Shown here one piece after another: positions 9,652 to 19,389 of a stretch of 64,000 nt of DNA; positions within the stretch are counted from its first letter, which is position 1, and each line of letters opens with the position of its first letter. The notes beneath the pieces were generated by a model. It was given only the letters and a program-made list of their open reading frames with translations, did not search any database and was not told the origin of the DNA. The stretch is from Candidatus Thorarchaeota archaeon. Its GTDB lineage: Archaea > Asgardarchaeota > Thorarchaeia > Thorarchaeales > Thorarchaeaceae. Made by a program: the position numbers and the translations under genes. The stretch lies in the NCBI GenBank assembly GCA_029855935.1, contig JAGSHN010000023.1, positions 12,157 to 76,156 on the forward strand. Direction: 5' to 3'.

Positions 9652-11124
9652 TCAGGCACCAAGACTGAGGATATCATTGGTGAGGAAGCTGTCGCGCAGG
9701 GAGAGGAGTCTGTCAACGATGAGCCCATTCTCGGTGTTGACCCGGAAAGACAGCGCGGATGAGGTCCTACGACTCTGCAGATAGAGTATCAGTCTCAGAT
9801 TTCGGAGTGTCTCCAGAGTGGGTCCGGGGACGGGGTAGAGATCCGACCTCCTTACCCGCTCATATCGGCGCCGTGTACTCGCCACAAGATTCGAGGCCCC
9901 TCTCTCAATCTGGTTGGCCGTCCTAGCTCCCAGCAGCTCGTCGGCAATCCGATATCTCTGTGGGTCCATCTCCACAAGATAGTCATCACGAAGAAAGGCA
10001 AGCGCGAGGTAGTCGAGAACTGTGAGCATGGGGCCACCTATCTCAAGTTTGGCGGTATCAGAATGCCCCTGCCTGAAGTATGACGTTATCGCTCCCCGGA
10101 GATCTGGCGCCACATCAGCAAGGACAAGCACTTCTCTGACAGACAGCGACTGAACAAAATCACGCACCTCTCTCTTGAGCTTCTTGAATCTCTCCAGCAG
10201 GCGTAGCCGATTGGCCACCTCAGAGTAGACGTGTCTCTGGTACGATGAGGCAAGCGCATTCTCGTAGAAGTCTACCCGCACAGAATACTTGAGAGGATTG
10301 AGCGAATAATAGAGGGACTGAAGGAGATCACGGACCTTCACCATAGACGAGTCCCCACTGGTGCGGAGAAGATTCCAGATGGCAGGAATGGAGTTCCTGT
10401 GAGCAAAGGCTAGTAAGGCCGCGTCAGTGACCCGTCTCTCAAACTCTCGGGATATATGGGGTCGTATGACTATGCTCATAGTGTGCAGCCCCGGGAAGGA
10501 CACCTCAATCTTTGAGAACGGCTCAGCCCCGGCCGCCACCTTGGTTCGATGGGCAAACACTTCGACTCTCTCGGTGGGAGAGAACCTCCGGCCTACTCTC
10601 AGACGCCCGACGAACAACAGTTTCTCAATGGATCGCTTGACCAGTCGAAGACGGGAGTTGAACTCACTATGCAGAGTTCCCAGCCAAGACTCATCCACCA
10701 GATACGGACCATTCGGAGAGATCTGGAGTCGGTACTCTGCGAAGAGGGAAGGATAGAGACGAACAGACCACACCAGATCAAAGTGCTCTGCGCCGACGGT
10801 GTCGTGTTGGATCTTCTTGGCCACGAGCGGCATCGGCATTCTATATGAGACATAGTAGTCATCACATATGACTCGGTAGTGAAGAGATCTGCACAGGTTT
10901 CGCCCTCGGAGAGGCCACCTCAGCCTCCCGACGCCGTGTACGAATAGTCGCTCGTCGAGTCTGGCCGTGCCTCGAAGCACCCCTTCAAACTTCCTCCACA
11001 GTCGTTCCCGCCATCCGAGAAACGACAGCTCAGGCCGGAGACGTTCTCGCTCAAGGACCATCTCAGGCAATGCGATTGAGGCTGAGAGTACTACCCTCTG
11101 TCGATCCCTAGGGTCCAAAGTCAT
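9652..11124 (-). CDS. Hypothetical protein (490 aa), no recognisable domain.
   Basis: Long ORF with ordinary amino-acid composition. Its start overlaps the stop of the upstream 11108-12640 gene by 17 nt on the same strand, so the two are probably co-expressed. Confidence 0.55.
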   Translation of the reverse strand: MTLDPRDRQRVVLSASIALPEMVLERERLRPELSFLGWRERLWRKFEGVLRGTARLDERLFVHGVGRLRWPLRGRNLCRSLHYRVICDDYYVSYRMPMPLVAKKIQHDTVGAEHFDLVWSVRLYPSLFAEYRLQISPNGPYLVDESWLGTLHSEFNSRLRLVKRSIEKLLFVGRLRVGRRFSPTERVEVFAHRTKVAAGAEPFSKIEVSFPGLHTMSIVIRPHISREFERRVTDAALLAFAHRNSIPAIWNLLRTSGDSSMVKVRDLLQSLYYSLNPLKYSVRVDFYENALASSYQRHVYSEVANRLRLLERFKKLKREVRDFVQSLSVREVLVLADVAPDLRGAITSYFRQGHSDTAKLEIGGPMLTVLDYLALAFLRDDYLVEMDPQRYRIADELLGARTANQIERGASNLVASTRRRYERVRRSDLYPVPGPTLETLRNLRLILYLQSRRTSSALSFRVNTENGLIVDRLLSLRDSFLTNDILSLGA

Positions 11125-12640
11125 CTGTCATCACACGCCACTTTCCCTCGTCTGCATCCCAACGGGAAACGGGCAGCTTCCATCCGAAGAGATGATAGCT
11201 TCCGTGATAGCTGAGCAGGCAGTCTTCTTCCTGAAACTTCATTCGCACGTCCTCAAATATCCATCTGGCATATTGGGCCGGGACCTTGGCGATGACCGTG
11301 CTGAGGCCGTTCGTTGCTCTCTGACAGTAGAGCTCAGGCAGGAAGGAGAGAGCCCGACAGATGCGCCGATAGAGTGAGACGTCGCTGTTGTGAATGACGA
11401 GGAAGAGCGAACCGGGAGCGTAGACGGTGGTAGCAACCACCCTCTCCCACAGGATACCCCTTGAGCGTAGGTCGGCCACGATTCCCAACACGGTATTATA
11501 CTTCCGGCCGACCTTCCGCCTTATGTCCCTCACCGAGGTCAGACCTTTGTTCAGGATGGCATCGATGACGGCCAGATAGCTCTCGTCCAGCACGAAGCCC
11601 TCAAGGTCGAGCTGGCGTCCAGTCAACTGCACAGGCGGCGGGTTCTCGAACGCGTCCTGTAGTCTCCTATGGAATGTCTCAAAGACCGCCCACTGCGAAC
11701 CGTCAAACAGGTCATAGTCGATATTCGCCCAGCATAGGCTCTCGTCCCGCTCCCCCGCGGTGACTCTCACGACCCCCGGTGCGTCGGCAAGGCTCTCAAG
11801 CCACATCCTGCCCTCTCTGAACGGTGACCACCAGCGCGGTACAACTATGTTCACAAGGGCAAAGCTCTCCCCGGTTGATGTCCGAAGGACGTTGTAGAGC
11901 CAGGGATTCTGTTTCCCTAGATATGGAGGCAGGCGCGTCGAGTGATCCTCAAGCTCAAGAGCCATTATGACCGTCTTCAGCCCGATGCCCGCATACGAGA
12001 CAGTCGGTATCGTCCACAGGACTCCCCGCCGTCGGAGGTTGTTCAGTACTCTTGAGACATAGCCCTTGGAGGTCCCGAGCCGAGCCGCAAGCCTCTGCGG
12101 CGAGACTGTCTGGTACGCGAGTGCGGTGCGAAATACCAGAAGGGTGCTCTGGGATAGTGTCGGAACGCGCTCAGACCGGAACTCAAACAGGTCTTGAATG
12201 AACAGTTCCCTGAAGGCAGGCCCAGCCTCCTCAATTCGCCTCTGATACATCTCGCGCATCCTGTCGAACGCATCTCGAAATCCAAGGAGAGAACGATATA
12301 CGAATGGTGGGCGATAGACGCGGCCATCGCCGTAGTCGCGTTCGCGAGAGGTCGCGGCCCACAGCTCCTCCCACCGACCAAGATCGCACTCGGGAAGTGC
12401 AAGCAACTCGGACAGCATCTGCTCAGTCCGGAAGCACACAAGATCCCACGCAATGGTTCCCGGATACGCGCCCATCTCACGGGCGAGCTCACCTGCGGCC
12501 TCGGCGACCGCCTGAATCTCTAGCCGCTTCTCGGGCCAGATGTCGACAAGCGAGCTCACCATATCCTCAATGGCCATACGTTTGAACGGGGCCCCCGCAC
12601 GAATCGGAATTCCCGTCCTTGGTTCGTCGCCAGCGGGCAT
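11108..12640 (-). CDS. Protein with two winged-helix DNA-binding modules, a putative transcriptional regulator or DNA-binding factor.
   Basis: Two MarR/TrmB-like wHTH stretches: LSQSTLLVFRTALAYQTVSPQRLAARLGTSKGYVSRVLNNLRRRGVLW and YLAVIDAILNKGLTSVRDIRRKVGRKYNTVLGIVADLRSRGILW. Each is followed by an alpha/beta region. 510 aa. Confidence 0.6.
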   Translation of the reverse strand: MPAGDEPRTGIPIRAGAPFKRMAIEDMVSSLVDIWPEKRLEIQAVAEAAGELAREMGAYPGTIAWDLVCFRTEQMLSELLALPECDLGRWEELWAATSRERDYGDGRVYRPPFVYRSLLGFRDAFDRMREMYQRRIEEAGPAFRELFIQDLFEFRSERVPTLSQSTLLVFRTALAYQTVSPQRLAARLGTSKGYVSRVLNNLRRRGVLWTIPTVSYAGIGLKTVIMALELEDHSTRLPPYLGKQNPWLYNVLRTSTGESFALVNIVVPRWWSPFREGRMWLESLADAPGVVRVTAGERDESLCWANIDYDLFDGSQWAVFETFHRRLQDAFENPPPVQLTGRQLDLEGFVLDESYLAVIDAILNKGLTSVRDIRRKVGRKYNTVLGIVADLRSRGILWERVVATTVYAPGSLFLVIHNSDVSLYRRICRALSFLPELYCQRATNGLSTVIAKVPAQYARWIFEDVRMKFQEEDCLLSYHGSYHLFGWKLPVSRWDADEGKWRVMTDDFGP

Positions 12641-12877
12641 TTTCCTGTTCGTATTGTGGAAGGAGGGGCCTATTACATCTTCTGATTCTCGACGGACTAG
12701 CTAATCGAATTCCCGGGCCAGTGGTTGTCGGGCGACATTGGTCGTCCACAACAGAACGGAGGTGAATGGAGTGAATCCAGGAGATCCTTGGCCAATTCCT
12801 CCGTGGCGCCCGGCGTAAGAACCGGCGTTGGCGGAGCGTCGAGGGACAGCACCCCGGCTGGCCCCGACATCTCTCTC

Positions 12878-12890
12878 TTTTTTTTTTTTC
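12878..12890 (+). terminator. T12 tract, possibly an archaeal poly-T terminator. It lies in a GC-rich ORF-free island.
   Basis: ctctctctTTTTTTTTTTTTctgag sits in the 12.64-13.15 kb intergenic island. Archaeal RNA polymerase terminates on oligo-T. No annotated + strand gene lies upstream, so it would have to terminate an unannotated RNA. Confidence 0.25.
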
Positions 12891-13659
12891 TGAGTCTCGG
12901 CGCAGGCGGAGACCAAGGTGGTGCCGAGGAGGCCCAGTTGAACCAGGCCTCTGCCCCCAGACATCCGGCTGCCCGGCCGCGGGGTTGATGCCCGCAGGGT
13001 CGCCAGACATGACAGGGGCAACACCATCTACCTAGTCTCCGCGCGCGTATTTCAGTATTGCGAGAACACCGATCCGAGGCCCTCCCTGCACCTCTTGCAA
13101 GTATGAATTGAGAATCGCCCTCAGTACGGCGGACGGAGAGTCCTAGGTGACCGGACCACTATGTCCGATCAAGTATCATCATCCCATTCGTGACCGTTAC
13201 CAGATCAACACGTGGGATAGTTGGACTATTGCGACCGATGTAAGCAAGACCTTCGACAATCAAATTGGTACTGATGAAGCGACTCACATAGTCTCTGCAG
13301 GATGGGCAGCAGTTTTCGCAGCAATCGGAGCATCTATTGGAAACCTGATCGAGCCAGGCGGAGGAGCGGTATTTGGTGCCTTTTCTGGACGGCGTACTTT
13401 GTGGTCTACTTGGCTGTGCAACTCAAGCCCAGCTCTATGATGAGGAGGGATGCATTTGGTGGTGTTGGGGCAAGGCATTTAGTGATTGGTTTTCTGCAAC
13501 GCATGGTGGTTGGTACTTTGGCCACAGTATGGATTGCCAATTGCTGCTGCAGCATTTCTCGCGACGGACTACTTACAAATTGGTGACTGCACATCTATTG
13601 ACGCACCAAGGTCGGGAAATCCATAGTAAGATCAGAAGAAGAACTGGAGTCGGGATCAA

Positions 13660-14079
13660 ATGGGTGTCAAAGAAAAGACAAAGATCATCTACATTCTGAT
13701 GGGCAGGGTCTTCATGTTGATCGCTCTGGCATTGGAGATTGTCGTCTTTCTACTGCAGAGCACTCCGGACCATTCTACGGGATTCTGGGTGCCATATGTC
13801 ATTTCTGTGCTAATTGACACGGGATGCATCACTTTGGCAAGTGAATGCATATCTCGACATGGTCCTATCGACTCAAGAACTATTCTAGTTGTTCTAGCTG
13901 CATCCCTAACATTCGCGATTTTTGTGTTTCACTTTTCTAATGAGCTTCATGCGGTATTTTATCCCAGAACAATTCTTCCCGGTCTCCTGATGATTAATAG
14001 TGGAGGAGTCTTTCTGTTTGGAATAGGTTTGCTTATTTCTGGTAGAAGCTACGGAGAACGTATCTCAACAACCGCATAG
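13660..14079 (+). CDS. Small membrane protein (about 4 TM).
   Basis: 139 aa in a low-GC tract. Hydrophobic helices are VFMLIALALEIVVFLLQ, YVISVLIDTGCITLA, ILVVLAASLTFAIFVFHF and GGVFLFGIGLLISG. Confidence 0.4.
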   Translation: MGVKEKTKIIYILMGRVFMLIALALEIVVFLLQSTPDHSTGFWVPYVISVLIDTGCITLASECISRHGPIDSRTILVVLAASLTFAIFVFHFSNELHAVFYPRTILPGLLMINSGGVFLFGIGLLISGRSYGERISTTA

Positions 14080-14308
14080 AACCTAAAGCCGATGTTGCAC
14101 AAGGGGGAAGATCAGCCCAGATGGTAGTTGATGCTGTGGCCACAGCTTGGAATGGTGATTGATGTCTGCGGAACTACTAGCTATAGGTAGCCTGCGAATC
14201 GGCAACAACAGATTTGATGCCCTCGTGCTATGAATCCCTAAGCGAAATCGGAGCGCTAGATTGATGGTTATTGGAGCACGATTCTATCGATAGGATACTT
14301 TACAGCTG

Positions 14309-14794
14309 GTGCTCGTACTTCCTGCAGAGTTGGGACAGAGAACTCGTAGAGCAATGGTGGATGTGATGAACAAGAGAAGTATCAGTTTCTCCAGCAATGG
14401 TCGAAGGATTCTCTTGTGGACGGGACTGGTTTCTCTAGCACTTGTGGCAGCTGTGCATTGGTACATATCTACACTTCGGACCTCTGGTATTGGGTTTGGG
14501 ACCATCTGCATTGTCTTGATACTTTCACTAGGTTGGTCCGTCTTTCTTCCATTGGCACACGTCTCGAATAGGGAAGATGTTACCAGATTGGCACTGGCCC
14601 TTATCCTGATCGGAACAATCTTCATGGTGGGGGGACTCTGGTCTCATAGCGCTCTGGAGATCTATCTGGCGCCCTACGACCTGCTGGCGACTTTTCTTGT
14701 CCTTGACAGTATGTTTGTGGTCCTCTCTGGTGTTCTCTTGCTTGAATTCAGGCACGGGAGAGATCATCTACTAGATAAGGAACAATGCTGCTGA
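14309..14794 (+). CDS. Small membrane protein (about 4 TM), similar in architecture to the 13660-14079 gene.
   Basis: 161 aa. The start is uncertain (internal MVDVMNKR/MNKR). Helices are LLWTGLVSLALVAAVHWYI, FGTICIVLILSLGWSVFL, LALALILIGTIFMVGGL and LATFLVLDSMFVVLSGVLLL. Confidence 0.4.
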   Translation: MLVLPAELGQRTRRAMVDVMNKRSISFSSNGRRILLWTGLVSLALVAAVHWYISTLRTSGIGFGTICIVLILSLGWSVFLPLAHVSNREDVTRLALALILIGTIFMVGGLWSHSALEIYLAPYDLLATFLVLDSMFVVLSGVLLLEFRHGRDHLLDKEQCC

Positions 14795-15250
14795 GACAAA
14801 GGTTCCGAGGGATAGAGCCCATCGACCACTCCGAAGCGGCTGTCAGTGAGAGAGTCTACCCCGACTATGACGGCTACTTTGGCAAGATGGAGCAGTAGCA
14901 TTTTGCAGTGGAGATTCAGTCAAGCGGCACCGAGGAGGGAGACGTCCTGACAATCACCGTCTTCTTCGAGGACCACCGAGTGCTGAGCAGATCCTCTACG
15001 GACGTGATGCTAACAATCTGAGAGCACACTTGGATCTTCGAGAAACAGGCCTGCCGTGTCACAATCTACCCCAAGAGTTCAGTTAGTGTAGACTCCTCAT
15101 TGATTGGCGATGCAGGGCTATAGGTGTCAGTGTCGGGCGACATCGGTCGTTCATTATTGGCCACAGGCGAGCGGAGAGAATTCAGGCAGTTCTTAGCCTA
15201 GGCCTCTGGCGTCTGGTGTCGAATCTAGCATTGGCGAAACAAAGGACGGC

Positions 15251-15547
15251 GTGCCGGCCTCTGTGATGGCTGATGACCTTTGTTCAATCACAGGGACCTC
15301 GGGGCATAGTCTAGCTTGGGTTCTTCCCATCAGAATTGTTGTGGCGACCACGACTACAATCAAGAAGGACGCAAATGAAGTGCTCCGGACTCTGGAAGGT
15401 GACAAGGACTGGGATAGATTCCTCAAAGAACTTGCGGAGAGCTATTTGACAACAAGAAGAGAGAGAACGAGGGAGAAGTTGAAGGGGCCTTTGGCTGGGG
15501 AATTTGAAGACGTAAGGGTGAAGAGGTGGACGAAGGAGTATTGGTAG
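15251..15547 (+). CDS. Possible small hypothetical protein.
   Basis: The C-terminal 60 aa (KKDANEVLRTLEGDKDWDRFLKELAESYLTTRRERTREKLKGPLAGEFEDVRVKRWTKEYW) look like a genuine helical protein. The N-terminus and start are uncertain. It is convergent with the MNT-HEPN gene. Confidence 0.25.
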   Translation: MPASVMADDLCSITGTSGHSLAWVLPIRIVVATTTTIKKDANEVLRTLEGDKDWDRFLKELAESYLTTRRERTREKLKGPLAGEFEDVRVKRWTKEYW

Positions 15548-15583
15548 ATACTGATGTCTTGACAGACAACACGGCCGCGAGAC

Positions 15584-16447
15584 TCACCCTTCATTCATGT
15601 CTGCAAGATCAATGACTGCATTCACGAATCTCGATATGTCATCGAGTTCCTCATCGATGAGCTTGAACACAAGGGCATTGTCAATCCTCGAATACAGGTG
15701 CACAAGCCTGTGACGAAAGCGAACCATCGACATCATTCTTCGTGCCAAGTCCTCGTCAATCAGTCCTCTGTCGCGAAGAATCTGAAAGATATCAACATAG
15801 CTTGTTGGTCTGCCCAGCTTCCTTGCTGACACCAAGTGGCCCGCCATATCGATGCACGACTCTATTGCGAGATGAAGAGCTCGCTCTGCCATCAACCGGG
15901 TCTCCAGTGAGGCGAAGTACGCATTCAAACCCCCCTCCCTGACGCGCGTGAGTACGTCCAGTGCCTGCTCTGTGATGGAGATTCCTGAAACCAGCATATC
16001 TGGATCAATCATCCTTCGCAGCCGCCCAGCAAAGCGTCGGACCATATGCCTATCGTACATCATCCAGATGCGCTGCATCTCATCATACTCGTCCCACGTA
16101 CGACGCTCGAATTCTGCTCTCAACATAGGATCCCGGTCAAGAAAGAGGATGCCACGTCTCACGACGTTGTTTCTGAGCGCCACGTCGGCGTGGTTCAGAC
16201 ACACGACGTCAATCCGCGAAGAGCCGAGGGCCTCTGATATGCGGATTGTGAGTTCCCTTGTCATCTGCAGGCAGACATCTGGAGAAGAGTCGTTCAGGAG
16301 AATGGCGACGTCTATGTCACTCATCGGTGTTGCTTCGCCGGACGCAACCGACCCGAACAGATAGGCCGCCGTCACTCTCTCCTCGCGCCCAAGCACCCTC
16401 TTGATAACAGCGAGTATCCATTCTACCTCCGATAGCATCACTAGCAA
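15584..16447 (-). CDS. Fused nucleotidyltransferase (MNT)-HEPN (HepT-like) protein.
   Basis: The N-terminus LFGSVASGEATPMSDIDVAIL is a pol-beta-type NTase motif (GS...DxD). The C-terminus RFRHRLVHLY matches the HEPN Rx4-6H...Y motif. It is a single 287-aa ORF. Confidence 0.8.
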   Translation of the reverse strand: MLVMLSEVEWILAVIKRVLGREERVTAAYLFGSVASGEATPMSDIDVAILLNDSSPDVCLQMTRELTIRISEALGSSRIDVVCLNHADVALRNNVVRRGILFLDRDPMLRAEFERRTWDEYDEMQRIWMMYDRHMVRRFAGRLRRMIDPDMLVSGISITEQALDVLTRVREGGLNAYFASLETRLMAERALHLAIESCIDMAGHLVSARKLGRPTSYVDIFQILRDRGLIDEDLARRMMSMVRFRHRLVHLYSRIDNALVFKLIDEELDDISRFVNAVIDLADMNEG

Positions 16448-17069
16448 GCGATATCACGGGCGCATCCCCTTTTCGCCTTTGCGATGGACAGAGAACGGAC
16501 AGCTCCGGAAACAAGCGCCACAGGGCTCTAGTCTATCGTTCTAGTGTCGCACTACTTCCAAGAAACTAGGTCATAGTCTGACGCGTATCTCAGGGGGATG
16601 CAACCGTTGGATGGAAGCGGAGATCCTGCCCCCGAGGAGCCCCCGCGGAAAAGCACTTCACGCTGGATGGGAAACACGCCCGGCCCTAGAGAGTTCTCTG
16701 AAGAAGCGTACGAGAAAGGATACAAGCTTTCTGTTTACCCAGCTGACTCTACATGGGAGTACAAGAGGTACGTCCACCGTGTCGGAACCGACTATGTGGC
16801 GTTGCCCGACAGACCCGATGGAACAAAGTCGTCATTTCTTTTGGGATGACTTCGCATGTCAAGATATGCAGTGCTTTTCGCACGGGTACTTGCAGCAACC
16901 CGGCCCATATCCTAGAAGTCCCGAGTGTGTAGACTGCATTGCACGCTGTGCAATGCTTAACTTCCACGACCCCCGTCCGAAGATGATGTCGTGCGCAGCT
17001 GTCGTGGAGGTACGAACTACTGGTATCCCCCTCACATCTCTCGGGCCCGTCGAGGTGAACAAAGGGGAG

Positions 17070-18221
17070 TCACTCACTACGGTGTCGCAGCAGGGCGTTC
17101 ATCTGCTTCTGCGTCAGCTTCCCAAAGTATGTCAATCGGGTTCCTGTGAGGTGCCTGTACTCCTTCGGGGTGACAGGGTGCGAGAAGTGCCTCAGGTCCT
17201 CGATAAAGACTAGGGCCACCTCTACTGGTGTGCCCTCAGTAACCCGTTTCTTCCGACGGCCCTTCTTGCCCCCGAGCCCACGCACCCAGTCCGAAACAAG
17301 TTTGTACACCTCGTCCTGAGTCATCCCCTCAATCTGGAACAGAGTCTTTGCATGCTGCTTCCAGAGGCCCTCAAAGTCGCCGTTCTTGATACCGTCCACT
17401 TGGGCATAGGCAGCCACTCCCTCTCGGTGAGTCCAGAAGAACATGTGCCAGTCAGCGTAGGACGACGGAGTTTCGATAGGGCCCGGTGCAAACACTCCCT
17501 TGAGTCCTTGTTCATGGTATTCCAGTTGCCTGTTCGATACTTGGAGCACCAGTGCCCGGATCGTCTTCTGCAGCCTCTTATAGCGCTCCTCAAATAGACG
17601 CCCCATTCGGTCACGAATTCTTCCGTCCGGGCGTTGGTTCTGACATTCAGCTAGCACGTCTCTAACGAAGGGCACCAAGGCCCCCGCGGCGTGCATTTCT
17701 CTGACCTTTTGCTCCGTGATGGGGTCAACGTTCTCTTCCTCTGCGGCCATGTCAGCCTCTTCCATAGCAGACTCTTCGACCTCCCATACTACTTCTGCTA
17801 TGGCGACGGTGTCGATGGCCTGTTTCAATTGACGGGGCAGGTATAGCCGAAAGGGCTCTGTCCTTGCCACTGTAACACGTTTCGTCACCGACACGAGCGT
17901 GTCATGGCCGACGTCTCTGTTTCTGACCTCATCCTCGCTGACATAGTGTATCAGGCGCTTCGTGGAGTGCATTGGCCTCCCATCGCCTATCTTCGCACGA
18001 ACCGTGGGGGTATCGTCGAGGACATCAGGGTCGAAGACCTCTTCCAATTGGTGCCCAATACCCTCTATCAATGGATCCCAAGTTTCTCTTGCGAACCTAC
18101 GCATCCTCCACCGATGAACCGGATAGGATAAGACACGATGAGCATCGAACTCGAAACATCCCGCAACTATCGTGAGAATGACCAATACCGCTGCTATGAG
18201 AAGTCCTATCTCTCCCCCCAT
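17070..18221 (-). CDS. N-terminally membrane-anchored hypothetical protein.
   Basis: 383 aa. The N-terminus IGLLIAAVLVILTIVAGCF is one TM helix. The remainder is soluble with no recognised motif. Confidence 0.55.
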   Translation of the reverse strand: MGGEIGLLIAAVLVILTIVAGCFEFDAHRVLSYPVHRWRMRRFARETWDPLIEGIGHQLEEVFDPDVLDDTPTVRAKIGDGRPMHSTKRLIHYVSEDEVRNRDVGHDTLVSVTKRVTVARTEPFRLYLPRQLKQAIDTVAIAEVVWEVEESAMEEADMAAEEENVDPITEQKVREMHAAGALVPFVRDVLAECQNQRPDGRIRDRMGRLFEERYKRLQKTIRALVLQVSNRQLEYHEQGLKGVFAPGPIETPSSYADWHMFFWTHREGVAAYAQVDGIKNGDFEGLWKQHAKTLFQIEGMTQDEVYKLVSDWVRGLGGKKGRRKKRVTEGTPVEVALVFIEDLRHFSHPVTPKEYRHLTGTRLTYFGKLTQKQMNALLRHRSE

Positions 18222-18251
18222 CTGGTAGTCCTCCCGACGCGGCGACTACGA

Positions 18252-18629
18252 CTAGATGGGGTCTGCAGTCCTGTCTAGGGCCCGTTCCTCGACTTCGGCA
18301 ATATATCGGCTCAGGCACACGGGCTTCCGACAGATCAAATCGATGTCACCCGTTGACTCGTCCTCCGCAATCGTCCCTAGGTTCGCGAATGTCACTGGAC
18401 TGCGGCATATCACGCACTGAAGGCCTCCTGACCTAAAGAGCTCCCAGAGACCTCTCCTCTTGAGGAGGCCCTCCACATCATAGGAGTCTGCAGGGTGTAT
18501 CCCGTATCTCTCTCGGAGGTACATGGCCCCACGTACCGCGCCCGTTGCTGTCACAATTGAGCCAACGATAATCAGGAGTGCGCTCCACAATGTCCGACAA
18601 CCCCGTTCTTCTCTCTTTCTCTGGCGCAT
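18252..18629 (-). CDS. Small membrane-anchored hypothetical protein.
   Basis: 125 aa with a TM helix at LWSALLIIVGSIVTATGAV. It lies directly upstream of, and co-oriented with, the 17070-18221 gene. Confidence 0.4.
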   Translation of the reverse strand: MRQRKREERGCRTLWSALLIIVGSIVTATGAVRGAMYLRERYGIHPADSYDVEGLLKRRGLWELFRSGGLQCVICRSPVTFANLGTIAEDESTGDIDLICRKPVCLSRYIAEVEERALDRTADPI

Positions 18630-19389
18630 GACTGGATCTTGTGCGGCTGATTACTTCGACTATCCGGCATTCTGGGATTTAAGTCGTTCTGGTGCGGCAT
18701 CATCTTCAATGCAGACGCCTCTTGCACCAGTGCTGGGTACCTCCGCAATGCCACACTTGAGAATCGTGATGCATAGCCAGTAGTCTTGGAGCCCGCTGAC
18801 TATATGACATATCAATCACGACTCTCCCGGGGGCGTTGTTGTCGGACGTCTACCCAGTGCGTAAGGTAGCGGCCTCGGCCCGGCAGACGACACAGGTCTC
18901 GCCCTGTTCTTTCAACTTGTGGCGAGCTGCCCATCTTCTTTGCGGCCATTCGTCTTGACGAGTGAGGACCACTTCTTGAACACTATGATTGGAGCCCTCC
19001 TGACTCAGCTAGTCGGTGCGCTATGGCTCAGTCTACTTGGAGACTCATTGTCCCGCGATGCGACTATTTTCACAGTGGCTAGTGGGCCTGTTCTGCCTGC
19101 CAGATTGGCCTACATAGCAAACTGTGCCTCAAAGATGAGTGAACGGTACGAACTATCGGCATACATCTAAGCCAGGGATAGCAGAAACTAATGTGATGTA
19201 GGCACTCCCTCTTCACCTTTGCGCTGAACTGAGAACCCTGCCAGAAACAGACGGTTCAGTGTTCGATTCGAACATTGCGGTGTCGTGCTGCTACGAGTTT
19301 CGCGAGAGATTGCAAAAACGGTAGTGTGACTATTGCCCTTGAGCTCTCTTAGAACATCTTCTTATCCGAATTCTGTTTCCTGCAGAGCT

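Noticed and set aside
12567-13010. 147-aa minus-strand ORF and the 87-aa plus-strand ORF 12725-12988 in the GC-rich island
   Set aside because: The translations are R/P/G/S-rich with no secondary-structure-like periodicity. They overlap the 3' end of the 11108-12640 gene and each other, which is typical of spurious ORFs in GC-rich non-coding DNA.
12641-13150. SRP (7S) RNA or RNase P RNA in the GC-rich island
   Set aside because: I found no GGAAG/helix-8-like motif or CCUUCC complement, and no GAAAGUCC (RNase P P4) on either strand. It is kept only as a generic ncRNA candidate.
16611-17213. 200-aa plus-strand ORF overlapping the 3' end of the 17070-18221 minus-strand gene
   Set aside because: It is frame-shifted relative to the more protein-like 83-aa ORF 16598-16849 and overlaps a convincing opposite-strand gene. 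Its C/R/P-rich tail looks non-coding.
19250-19290. tRNA-like T-arm (gttcgattcgaac)
   Set aside because: The motif is a simple palindrome. There is no acceptor or anticodon stem context, and the flank cannot fold into a cloverleaf by inspection. No other GGTTCRANYC-type T-loops were found in the window.
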